Source of the DNA: Candidatus Methylomirabilia bacterium
GTDB taxonomy: Bacteria > Methylomirabilota > Methylomirabilia > Rokubacteriales > CSP1-6
Length of the DNA: 18,726 bases
NCBI GenBank assembly: GCA_041492755.1
Contig: JBGPXN010000084.1
Location: forward strand, 1-18,726
Reading direction: 5' to 3'
Shown here: positions 9,012 through 17,405 of the stretch, one piece after another
How positions within the stretch are numbered: position 1 is the stretch's first letter
Layout of the letters: the number at the start of each line of letters is the position of its first letter
Notes under the pieces: model-generated
The model's input: the letters and a program-made list of their open reading frames with translations, nothing else
What the model was told of the DNA's origin: nothing
Database searches by the model: none
Position numbers and translations under genes: made by a program

Positions 9012-9109
9012 AGTCAGAGGGTGTGATTCGAGGAGCGCCCCGGGTTCCCCGGGGCACTCCGAGCGTGGGGGGGTATGGGGGGCCATGTCGGGGCCCCCCA
9101 TGTACTAAT
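9012..9109. repeat. Family A double-hairpin repeat, copy A3, between convergent genes
   Basis: agtcagagggtgtga leader, hairpin ggag-c-gccccggg-ttc-cccggggc-a-ctcc (9032-9060), hairpin atggggggcc-atgtcgg-ggccccccat (9075-9101), ctaat tail. Confidence 0.92.
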
Positions 9110-10763
9110 CAGGCGTACGCGGGCTCGTCGCTCCGGCTGGCGCCGACCACAGCTCGAGCTCCTCGCCCCGGCCCACGAAGGTGGCCAGCCGGCCGCCGGG
9201 GCCGAGCTCGACCCGCTCACGTCCGGCCAGCCGGTAGACGTGCACGCCCGAGCGCTCGCCGGCGTCGCGCAGCTCGAATCGACGGCGGAGGAACGGCATC
9301 GCGGCTGCGCTCACCACGACCGACTCGTCCTCGGCGTGGTCGAGCAACGTGCGCAGCAATGACCACGCCTCACGTTGGGCATCGAGGTCCAGGCGCGGTC
9401 CGGTCGTCCCCTGGTTGACGAGGTACTGGCCCACGTGCAGCCCGATGCGGACGGCGGAGGCCGCGGCCGGGTGTTCGAGACTGCGCCCGGCCGCGCGCTG
9501 GATCGCCATCGCGGCGAGCGCGGCGCGCGTGGGGGCGTCGTCGGCGGGCTCGAGCCCGAACGCGACCATGAATCCGCCGGGCGTGATGCCTTCGATCCGG
9601 CCGCCGAACGTCTCGGCACGTTGCGCGAGCATCTCGATCGCGCCGCGTCCCTCGGCGTCCGCGCTCGGCAGCATGGCCCCGAGCAGGGTGACGTGCCGCG
9701 GCTCCCAGAGCGCCGGCGCCGGTCGCGGCGCGCTGACCTCGGGCGGTGGTTCGGGCGCGGGCAGGTCCACCTCGACGGGGCTCGCGGCGTCGGCGACGAC
9801 CTCGGCCACGCGCAGGCCCAGGCGCTCGATGCGATAACGCAGGGTGTTGCGGGGCACGCCGAGGCGCGCCGCCGCGCGCGAGATGTTGCCGCGCGTCGCG
9901 CGTAGCGCGCTCTCGATCAGCTCACGCTCCACGGAGCCGACCGCCTCGCCGAGGGTGACGTCGCCCCGCCGGCCGCTGGGGGCCGCCGTCGCGGGCAGCG
10001 CGAGGCTGGTGGCGTCGAGGCGGGTGCCGTCGGTCAGGAGCGTGGCGCGCTCGACGACGTTGGCGAGCTCGCGCACGTTGCCGGGCCAGTGGTAGTGGGC
10101 CATCGCATCCGCGGCGTCCGGGGCGAAGCTCCTCGCGGGCAGCCCGTAGTCCGTGCACGCCACGCGCAGGAAGTGCTCGGCGAGCGCGAGGACGTCGTGG
10201 CCGCGCTCCCGCAGCGCGGGCAGGGTGAGCGTCACCACCGAAAGGCGGTGGTAGAGATCGTGGCGAAATCGCCGGGCGCGCAGGGCCCCGCCGAGGTCGT
10301 CGTTGGTGGCCGCGATCAGCTGGACGTCGAAGGGCTCGGTGCGCGTGCCTCCGAGCCGGCGCACCGCGCGCTCATCGAGCGCGGTGAGGAGCTTGGCCTG
10401 GAGCGCGAGCGGGAGCAGCCCCACTTCGTCGAGGAACAGGGTTCCGCGATGCGCGGTTTGAAAGAGGCCCGGCTTGGCCTGGCGGGCGTCGGTGAAGGCG
10501 CCCTTCTCGTAGCCGAACAGCTCGGCCTCCAGCAGCGTCTCGGGGATGGCGGCGCAGTTGAGGGTGGCGTACGGGCCGTCGGCGCGTGGACCGGCCCGGT
10601 GGATCGCGCGTGCCAGCAGGCCCTTGCCCGTGCCGGGTTCACCCTGGATGAGGATCGGGGGAAGGCGGTGGGCATCGGACCGGCGCGCGAAGAATCGCGC
10701 GACCATGGCCCGGGCCTCGACGATACCGGCACTCTCGCCGAGCAGCTCGGCGAGCGCCGTCAT
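9105..10763 (-). CDS. Sigma54-dependent Fis-family activator fused to a degenerate class III cyclase-like domain; C-terminally truncated, possible pseudogene
   Basis: Walker A GEPGTGKG, ELFGYEKGAFTDA, Walker B LFLDEV, WPGNVREL and Fis HTH GNISRAAARLGVPRNTLRYR. These are followed by a cyclase-like region and FVGR..EL, then an abrupt end. ATG start at 10763 (552 aa). Confidence 0.85.
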   Translation of the reverse strand: MTALAELLGESAGIVEARAMVARFFARRSDAHRLPPILIQGEPGTGKGLLARAIHRAGPRADGPYATLNCAAIPETLLEAELFGYEKGAFTDARQAKPGLFQTAHRGTLFLDEVGLLPLALQAKLLTALDERAVRRLGGTRTEPFDVQLIAATNDDLGGALRARRFRHDLYHRLSVVTLTLPALRERGHDVLALAEHFLRVACTDYGLPARSFAPDAADAMAHYHWPGNVRELANVVERATLLTDGTRLDATSLALPATAAPSGRRGDVTLGEAVGSVERELIESALRATRGNISRAAARLGVPRNTLRYRIERLGLRVAEVVADAASPVEVDLPAPEPPPEVSAPRPAPALWEPRHVTLLGAMLPSADAEGRGAIEMLAQRAETFGGRIEGITPGGFMVAFGLEPADDAPTRAALAAMAIQRAAGRSLEHPAAASAVRIGLHVGQYLVNQGTTGPRLDLDAQREAWSLLRTLLDHAEDESVVVSAAAMPFLRRRFELRDAGERSGVHVYRLAGRERVELGPGGRLATFVGRGEELELWSAPAGATSPRTPD

Positions 10764-10914
10764 GCCTGCGGCGGTCGTCGGCCCTCCCGCCCGGTCCGGT
10801 GCGGCGTCATCATCCTGGCAGACTCCGACGGAACCTCGCATGTCAGCCCCTGATGTCTGTCCCTTCCACCGATGACTGGTGGACCGCCCGCTGGCTCGTG
10901 CCGGTCCTTCATCC

Positions 10915-10940
10915 CTAGATCGGCCGCGGGGCCGATCTAG
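10915..10940. other. Perfect 11-bp inverted repeat (possible terminator or operator)
   Basis: ctagatcggcc-gcgg-ggccgatctag, lying between the MFS stop and the activator start. No U-tract on either strand. Confidence 0.6.
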
Positions 10941-10975
10941 ATGAGGAACGACCGCGGACGCTGGGGGGGGGCCGG

Positions 10976-12250
10976 TCAGGCGGTGGCGGTGCGGACGGCG
11001 GTGGGATCGTCGGCGGCCACCGTGGGGCCGCCGGCACTGACGCGCGACAGCAGGGCAAGGCCGACGATGAAGAAGACCCCGACGGTGGCGAGCGCCACGC
11101 GCTGGTTGCCGCCAAGCGCGCTCGACACCGTGCCGAACACGAGGGGCCCCATGATCGCGCCGGTCTTGCCCACCAGGGAGTAGAAGCCGAAGAATTCCGC
11201 TTCGCGACCGGCCGGTATGAGCGTCGCCATGAACGTCCGGGTTGCCGCCTGGATGGCGCCCAGTCCGGTCCCGGCCAGGACCGCCACCAGCCAGAACTGC
11301 CACTTCGCCTGGATCACGTAGGCCAGGAGGGTGACCACGAACCACTGGAGCAGCATGATGCGAACGACGAAGCGCGGTCCGCGGAAGTCGGTGGGACGCG
11401 CCCACAACGCCGAGCCGATGAGGGCGGTGACCTGCACGGTGAGGAACAAGCCGATGATCTCGGTGCCGCTGAAGCCGAGCGTCGTCGCCGCGAACGGGGC
11501 CGTGAACAGGATCACGGTGTTCACGCCGTCCTCGTAGACGAGATAGGCGAGCAGGAAGCGCCGCATCTGCGTCCGCTCCGGGCTGCCGACGATCTCCCGC
11601 AGCGTGGCCAGGGTCTGCTTGACGCCACGCACGAGGGCGGCACCGAGTGGCACCGACTGGCGCTCGTCGGCGGGTAGCACGAAGAACGCGGGCAGCGAGC
11701 AGAGGAGGAACTGCGCGGCCGCGGTCAGGAAGCAGGCCCAGTAGCGCCCGGTGGCGACGAACGGGTAGGCGAGGCCGAATGCGACGATCGATCCGGAGTA
11801 GCCGATGGCAAAGCCGGCGGCGGAGACGCGACCGATCTCCCTCGGCGCGGCGATGCGCGGCAGGTAGGAGTTGTAGTAGACGAACGCGGCCTCGAAGCCC
11901 ACGAGGCCGATCACGGCGAGCAGGAAGCCGCGAATCACCATGCCGGGGCCGAGGGTGGCGAGCAGGGCGGTCGCGATCACCGAGACGAGCGTGAACCCGA
12001 CGAAGAAGGGCTTGCGGACGCCCGCGTGATCGGCGATGCCGCCGAGCAGCGGCGAGGTGAGCGCGACCGTGATCATCGCGACCGAGCCCACGAGGCCCCA
12101 CCAGAAATCACCCTGCCCCTGGGCGTTCCCGACCACCACTTGCGTGTAATAGACCGAGAAGATCGTGGCCTGGACGATCGCCGAGAATGCGGAGTTCGCG
12201 AAGTCGTAGAGCGTCCAGGCCAGCACGGTGCGCGTCAGCCAGGCGGGCAC
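10976..12250 (-). CDS. MFS transporter, UMF1/Atg22-like family
   Basis: AWTLYDFANSAF, SPLLGGIAD, YNSYLP, GRVSAAGFAIGY, EFFGFYSLVGK motifs and about 12 hydrophobic segments. GTG start at 12250 is inferred (ORF open to 12268). Confidence 0.88.
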   Translation of the reverse strand: MPAWLTRTVLAWTLYDFANSAFSAIVQATIFSVYYTQVVVGNAQGQGDFWWGLVGSVAMITVALTSPLLGGIADHAGVRKPFFVGFTLVSVIATALLATLGPGMVIRGFLLAVIGLVGFEAAFVYYNSYLPRIAAPREIGRVSAAGFAIGYSGSIVAFGLAYPFVATGRYWACFLTAAAQFLLCSLPAFFVLPADERQSVPLGAALVRGVKQTLATLREIVGSPERTQMRRFLLAYLVYEDGVNTVILFTAPFAATTLGFSGTEIIGLFLTVQVTALIGSALWARPTDFRGPRFVVRIMLLQWFVVTLLAYVIQAKWQFWLVAVLAGTGLGAIQAATRTFMATLIPAGREAEFFGFYSLVGKTGAIMGPLVFGTVSSALGGNQRVALATVGVFFIVGLALLSRVSAGGPTVAADDPTAVRTATA

Positions 12251-12284
12251 CGCCCCACCATGGCACACCCCCCGGGCGGTGCGC

Positions 12285-12290
12285 TACTAT
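12285..12290 (+). promoter_or_regulatory. Putative -10 box for a leaderless transcript
   Basis: TACTAT ends 7 nt before the ATG at 12298 and no Shine-Dalgarno is present. Confidence 0.5.
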
Positions 12291-12297
12291 CGCCGAC

Positions 12298-13677
12298 ATG
12301 CCGGGGCGGCTCGATGCGAAGTCGCTGGATGCCCTGATCCGCAAAGACGAAATCGACACCGTCCTCACCGTCTTCCCCGACGGCTACGGACGTCTGCTGG
12401 GCAAGCGCGTGGTGGGCCGCCACTTTCTGGAGCACGTCCTGGCCGACGGGGTGCACGCCTGCATCTACCTCTTCACCGTCGACATGGAGATGGAGCCGCT
12501 GCCCGGCTTCAAGCTCACCTCGTGGGAGCGCGGCTACGGGGACATGAAGATGGTCCCCGACCTCGCCACGCTCCGGGTCATTGGGTGGCTGCCCAAGACG
12601 GCGCTGGTGTTCTGCGACGTCTACACGGAGGACGGCGAGGTGATCGAGGAGGCGCCGCGCTGGGTGCTGAAGCGCCAGATCGCGCGCGCGGCCGCGCGCG
12701 GCTACGTGGTGAAGACGGCGGCCGAGCTCGAGCTCTACTGCTTCAAGGACACGTTCGACGAGGCGCGCACGCGTCGCTATCGCGACCTCACGCCGGTCTC
12801 GGGCTACCTCGAGGACTACCACATCCTGCAGACCACGAAGGAGGAGCCGCTCATCCGGGCCATCCGCAACGGGATGGAAGCGGCCGGCGTGCCGGTGGAG
12901 ACCTCGAAAGGGGAGTGGGGACGCGGACAGGAGGAGATCAACCTCGCGTACGCGGACGCGCTGGAGATGGCCGATCGCGCCGTCCTCTACAAGCACGGCG
13001 CCAAGGAGATCGCGCATCTGCAGGGCGCCTCGCTCACGTTCATGGCGAAGTACGACATGGCCGCCGCCGGCTCGTCGTTCCACGTGCACTCCTCGCTGTG
13101 GGACAAGAGCGGGCGCCGGCCGCTGTTCGCCGAAGGCAAGGGAAAGAACGGTCATCGGCCGACGCCTTCGCCACTCTTCGGCCAGTGGCTCGCCGGCCAG
13201 ATGGCGCTGGCGCGCGAGCTCGCCTACTTCTACGCGCCCACGGTGAACTCCTACAAACGCTACCAGGCCGGATCGTTCGCGCCCACGCGCGTCGCCGCCG
13301 GCTGGGACAACCGTACCTGCGGCTTCCGGCTCTGCGGCGAGGGGCCGAGCTTTCGCGTCGAGAACCGCATCCCCGGCGCCGACGCCAATCCCTACCTCGC
13401 CTTCGCGGCGACCATCGCGGCCGGATTGCACGGGATCGGGGGTCGGCTGAAGATGCCGCGCCTGTACGACGGCAACGCGTACGCGGACGGGACGCTGCCC
13501 CAGGTGCCGAAGACGTTGCGCGAGGCGATCGACGAGCTGGAACGCTCGAAAGCCGCCCGGGCCGCGCTTGGTGAGCGGGTGATTGAGCACTACCTGCACG
13601 CCGCGCGGCTCGAGCAGCAGGCGTTTGATCAGGTTGTTACGGATTGGGAATTGAATCGTAACTTCGAACGTATTTAA
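12298..13677 (+). CDS. Glutamine synthetase-family protein, GlnA4-like putative gamma-glutamyl-amine ligase
   Basis: D.YGRLLGKR, SWERGYGD, ELELY, EWGRGQEE, TFMAKY, GSSFHVHSSL, NSYKRY, WDNRT and ENRIPGADANPYL motifs. Confidence 0.88.
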   Translation: MPGRLDAKSLDALIRKDEIDTVLTVFPDGYGRLLGKRVVGRHFLEHVLADGVHACIYLFTVDMEMEPLPGFKLTSWERGYGDMKMVPDLATLRVIGWLPKTALVFCDVYTEDGEVIEEAPRWVLKRQIARAAARGYVVKTAAELELYCFKDTFDEARTRRYRDLTPVSGYLEDYHILQTTKEEPLIRAIRNGMEAAGVPVETSKGEWGRGQEEINLAYADALEMADRAVLYKHGAKEIAHLQGASLTFMAKYDMAAAGSSFHVHSSLWDKSGRRPLFAEGKGKNGHRPTPSPLFGQWLAGQMALARELAYFYAPTVNSYKRYQAGSFAPTRVAAGWDNRTCGFRLCGEGPSFRVENRIPGADANPYLAFAATIAAGLHGIGGRLKMPRLYDGNAYADGTLPQVPKTLREAIDELERSKAARAALGERVIEHYLHAARLEQQAFDQVVTDWELNRNFERI

Positions 13678-13680
13678 ACC

Positions 13681-13799
13681 AGGCCGATGAAACGATCCCA
13701 TCTGCGTCGTTGGCTCCTCGCGCCTCCCTGCGACGTGGCCGGGCCACGTCTCGGTCGTTGCTCGTCGCCGCCTAGCATCTGGGGCCGTTTGATCGGCCT
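13681..13799. repeat. Family B long inverted-repeat element, copy B2
   Basis: Arms aggccgatgaaacgatcccatctgc / gcatctggggccgtttgatcggcct and a central palindrome gacgtggcc-g-ggccacgtc (13732-13750). Confidence 0.9.
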
Positions 13800-13804
13800 A
13801 TTGC

Positions 13805-13888
13805 CGAGACGTCGGGCTGGGCTCGGGGCGAGACATCGGGCTGGCCTTGTGGCGAGACGTCGGGGCGGCTTGGCGGGGGGATATCGGG
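13805..13888. repeat. Degenerate 24-bp tandem repeat, about 3.5 units
   Basis: Units begin at 13805, 13829, 13853 and 13877 (cgagacgtcggg, cgagacatcggg, cgagacgtcggg, ggggatatcggg). Confidence 0.85.
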
Positions 13889-13904
13889 ACGGTGGAGTCT
13901 ATTG

Positions 13905-14669
13905 ATGGGAGATCGGCTGGCGGGGAAGGTCGCGTTTATCACGGGTGGGGGGATGGGGATCGGGCGGGAGGCTTCCGTATTGTTTGCGGAGGAGGGGGCG
14001 CGCGTAGTCGTGGGGGACATCGACGCGCGGGCGGCGAAGGAGACGGTGGGGGCGATCGAGAAGGCGGGGGGGGCGGCGCTGGCGGTGACGGGGGACGGTG
14101 CCATCGAGGCCGACGTCAAGCGAATGGTGGAGGAGGGGGTCGCGCGGTTCGGGGCGCTCCACGTGCTGTACAACAACGCGGGGGTGCTGTGGAAGGACCG
14201 GGACCGGTCGGTGCTGGAGACCGACGAGCGGTGGTGGGACCGCGTGATGGCGATCAATCTCAAGTCCGCGTTCTGGGTCACCAAGTACGGGATTCCCGAG
14301 CTCCGGAAGGCGGGCGGCGGCGCCGTCGTGCTCATGGGCTCGGTGTCCGCGCTCGCGGGCTTCACCCGCGCCCAGGACGCGTATACCGCGGCCAAGGGCG
14401 GGCTCATCTCGCTCACGAGGTCGCTGGCCATCCAATTCGCCAGGGACGGCATCCGTTGCAACATCATCCATCCCGGGATCGTCGACACGCCGCTGCAGGC
14501 GCCGTACCTCACCGAGGCCATCCGGCGGGAGTTCGAGACGGGCATCCCGCTCGGGCGGATCGCGCGCCCGCGGGAGATCGCCAACGTCGCCCTGTTCCTG
14601 GCCAGCGACGAGTCGTCGTTCATGACCGGCGCCGAGCTGGTCGTGGACGGCGGCTTCACCGCAGGGTGA
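13905..14669 (+). CDS. Short-chain dehydrogenase/reductase (classical SDR)
   Basis: TGGGMGIG, YNNAG and YTAAK motifs. GGAG RBS 7 nt before the ATG at 13905. Confidence 0.92.
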   Translation: MGDRLAGKVAFITGGGMGIGREASVLFAEEGARVVVGDIDARAAKETVGAIEKAGGAALAVTGDGAIEADVKRMVEEGVARFGALHVLYNNAGVLWKDRDRSVLETDERWWDRVMAINLKSAFWVTKYGIPELRKAGGGAVVLMGSVSALAGFTRAQDAYTAAKGGLISLTRSLAIQFARDGIRCNIIHPGIVDTPLQAPYLTEAIRREFETGIPLGRIARPREIANVALFLASDESSFMTGAELVVDGGFTAG

Positions 14670-14718
14670 CGGGAAGCCGCGGCGTGGCCATCCGGCGGCG
14701 CTCCGAAAGCCGCGACAC

Positions 14719-16377
14719 GTGAGCCGCGTCCTCCCGCTGTCGGCCGCGCGCCGGCAGGGTGAGCTCGCCGTCACCGCGACCGCCCTGGCCGCGGTCGGGC
14801 TGCTCCTGGTGTTCGTGGTGTGGCCGGTGGTGAAGGTGCTGGCGCTGAGCGTCAGCGGACCGGGCGGCCTCACCCTCGCCAACTTCGCGGCGTTCTTCAG
14901 CACGTGGCGGCTGTTCCGGATCTTCGTGAACAGCCTCGTGGTCTCCCTGGTCTCGACGGCGCTCACGGTGACGGTGGCCCTGGTGCTCGCGTACGCGGTG
15001 ACGCGCACGACGATCCCGGGCAAGCGCTTCATTTCTCTGATGAGCTTGCTCCCGCTGATCTCGCCGCCGTTCCTGGTGTCGCTCGCGTTCATCCTGCTCT
15101 TCGGCCGCAACGGCGTGATCACCCGTGGGTTGGGACTCGACGCGAGCATCTACGGCTTCCACGGCATCGTGGTGACGCAGGTCTTCACGTTCCTGCCCCA
15201 GGCCTACATCCTTCTGGCCAACGTCCTCGGCAACACCGACGTCACCCTGGAGGAGGCCGCGGAGAACCTCGGCGCCGGACCGCTCACCACGCTTCGCCGC
15301 GTCACCCTCTCGCTGGCGCGGCCCGGGCTGGCCTCGGCCGCGCTCATCGTCTTCATCCTCTGCATGACCGACTTCGGCAACCCGATCCTGATCGGGGGCC
15401 GCTACAACGTGCTGGCCACGGAGATCTACGCGCAGGTCATCGGCATGAACGACTTCGCGGCCGCGGCCACCACGAGCGTCGTGCTGCTGGTGCCCTGTCT
15501 GGCCGCGTACCTTCTCAACACCTATTGGGTCGGCCGCCGGTCGTACGTGACCGTGTCGGCGGGCGCGCGCACCGCCATCCGTCCCACGCCGGCGGCCGTG
15601 CGCTGGCCGCTGTTCGTCGTCGCCGGCGGCATCGCCGTCTTCATCGCCCTGATCTACGGGCTGATCCCGCTCGGCTCGGTGGTGCGTCTGTGGGGCAGCG
15701 ACTGGTCGTTGTCGCTCCGCCACTACGGCTTCCAGTCCACCGTCGAGGGCGCGTGGCCGATCTGGAACAGCGTACGGCTGGCCGTCCTCGCCGGGGTCGC
15801 CGGGACCCTCATCGCGCTCGTCACCGCGTACGTGATCGAGCGGCGGCGCCCGCCGGGGGCGCGGGTGCTGGAGTTTCTGAGCCTGCTGCCGGCGGCGTTG
15901 CCGGGCACGGTCATCGGCGTCGGCTACATCCTGGCCTTCAACGTTCCGCCGCTGCTGCTGACGGGGACGATCTGGATCCTCGTGACCAGCGTCGTCTTCT
16001 GGAAGCTCCCGGTCGCCGTCCTGGCCGGGGTCAACGCGCTCAAGCAGATCGACCCCGCCATCGAGGAGGCCGCGGTGAGCCTCGGCGCCGGCAGCGTGCG
16101 CACGTTCGGGCGCGTCGTCCTGCCGCTGCTGAGGGGGACCGCGTTCTCGATCTTCATCTATTTCTTCATCAACGGCATGGTGACGGTGAGCGCCGTGATC
16201 TTCCTGATCTATCCCGGGTTCAATCTCGGCTCGGTGGCCATCCTGGCCCAGGTCGAAAACGGGTACCCGGGAGTGGCATGCGCGCTCGGCACCCTCGTCC
16301 TCGGTATCGTGATCGGCGCGGTGGTGCTCTTGCGCCTGCTGGTCGGCGGCCAACGCGTCGCCATTCTCAAGATCTAA
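14719..16377 (+). CDS. ABC transporter permease with two fused TM domains (FbpB/AfuB/PhnU-like)
   Basis: Two EAA motifs (LEEAAENLGA, IEEAAVSLGA), ISPPF and DFGNPILIGG. GTG start. Confidence 0.9.
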   Translation: MSRVLPLSAARRQGELAVTATALAAVGLLLVFVVWPVVKVLALSVSGPGGLTLANFAAFFSTWRLFRIFVNSLVVSLVSTALTVTVALVLAYAVTRTTIPGKRFISLMSLLPLISPPFLVSLAFILLFGRNGVITRGLGLDASIYGFHGIVVTQVFTFLPQAYILLANVLGNTDVTLEEAAENLGAGPLTTLRRVTLSLARPGLASAALIVFILCMTDFGNPILIGGRYNVLATEIYAQVIGMNDFAAAATTSVVLLVPCLAAYLLNTYWVGRRSYVTVSAGARTAIRPTPAAVRWPLFVVAGGIAVFIALIYGLIPLGSVVRLWGSDWSLSLRHYGFQSTVEGAWPIWNSVRLAVLAGVAGTLIALVTAYVIERRRPPGARVLEFLSLLPAALPGTVIGVGYILAFNVPPLLLTGTIWILVTSVVFWKLPVAVLAGVNALKQIDPAIEEAAVSLGAGSVRTFGRVVLPLLRGTAFSIFIYFFINGMVTVSAVIFLIYPGFNLGSVAILAQVENGYPGVACALGTLVLGIVIGAVVLLRLLVGGQRVAILKI

Positions 16378-16395
16378 GGGAAGGGAGAAGACGTC

Positions 16396-17400
16396 ATGCG
16401 GAGATTCCTGGTGCTGCTGCTCGCCGTCGTGCTTGCCGGCGGTGCGGCTTCCGGTCCGACGACGGCGGCGGAGGACAAGCTCGTCGTCTACACCGCCTTC
16501 GAGGAGAACGAGCTGAAGACCTTCTGGGAGCAGTTCAAGAAAGATCTCCCCGACCTCGCGGCGAAGGCCGCCTACATCCGCGCCTCCACGGGGCCGATCA
16601 TGGCGCGCGTGGAGGCCGAGCGCGCCAACGCGCAAGGTGACGTGGTCTGGGGCGTGTTCAACGACTACCTGACCGGCGCCGCCAAGAAGGGGTTGCTGGA
16701 GCCCTACGTCGCGAAAGAGTCGAACGTGGTCCCGGCCCGCTTCAAGCATCCCGAGAACATGTGGCAGGGCGTGACGCTCCTGACCGTGGCGTTTGCCGTC
16801 AACCAGAACAAGATGAACGAGCTCAAGCTCACCCCGCCGCGCTCGTGGGCCGACCTCGTCGAGCCCCGGTACAAGGGGCACCTCGTGATGTCCAACCCAT
16901 CGACCTCGGGGACCGCGTACCTGCTCCTCGCCAGTCACGTCACGCGGCTCGGTGAGGACAAGGCCTTCGACTACTACACGGCGGTCGACAAGAACCTGTC
17001 GCAAGTCACGAAGTCGGGCGGCGCCCCGGGCCGGATGGCGGCCTCCGGCGAGACGCCCATCGGCGTCGCGCTCGCCTACGAGGTCGAAGTCGCCAAGAAG
17101 CAGGGCGCGCCCATCGACGTCATCTTCCCCTCCGACGGGGTGGCGTGGACGTTCGAGGGCAACGCGCTGATCAAGGGGGCCAAGAACCCCCAGAATGCGC
17201 GGCGGTTCCTGGACTGGGCGGTGTCGAAGCCGGCCATGCAGTCGTACGCGCAGTGGCGGGGCGCCGGCATCACGCGGCCGGACGTGCCGGTGACGGGGCA
17301 GAAGATCAGCGAGATGAACCTCATCAACCTGGACTTCGTGAAGGCGGCCGAGGACAAGGACCGCCTCGTCAAGAAGTGGCTCGACAAGTTTTCCCGCTGA
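16396..17400 (+). CDS. ABC transporter substrate-binding protein (AfuA/PhnS-like)
   Basis: Signal peptide, LVVYTA, STG.IMARVEAE, DVVWG and MSNPSTSGTAY motifs, with a strong RBS. Confidence 0.9.
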   Translation: MRRFLVLLLAVVLAGGAASGPTTAAEDKLVVYTAFEENELKTFWEQFKKDLPDLAAKAAYIRASTGPIMARVEAERANAQGDVVWGVFNDYLTGAAKKGLLEPYVAKESNVVPARFKHPENMWQGVTLLTVAFAVNQNKMNELKLTPPRSWADLVEPRYKGHLVMSNPSTSGTAYLLLASHVTRLGEDKAFDYYTAVDKNLSQVTKSGGAPGRMAASGETPIGVALAYEVEVAKKQGAPIDVIFPSDGVAWTFEGNALIKGAKNPQNARRFLDWAVSKPAMQSYAQWRGAGITRPDVPVTGQKISEMNLINLDFVKAAEDKDRLVKKWLDKFSR

Positions 17401-17405
17401 GTTCC

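Noticed and set aside
9004..9017. CAGTCAG tandem duplication as a target-site duplication
   Set aside because: Both copies lie on the same side of repeat A3 rather than flanking it.
10764..12101. N-terminal half of the 998-aa ORF (9105..12101)
   Set aside because: It is an off-frame Arg-rich read-through overlapping the MFS gene. Recognisable protein starts at the ATG at 10763.
12261..12277. TGGCAC as a sigma54 -24 box upstream of the GS-family gene
   Set aside because: There is no TTGC -12 element at the required spacing.
13805..13888. CRISPR array interpretation of the tandem repeats (also 1-145)
   Set aside because: Units are too short or degenerate, there are no unique spacers of proper length, and no cas genes are present.
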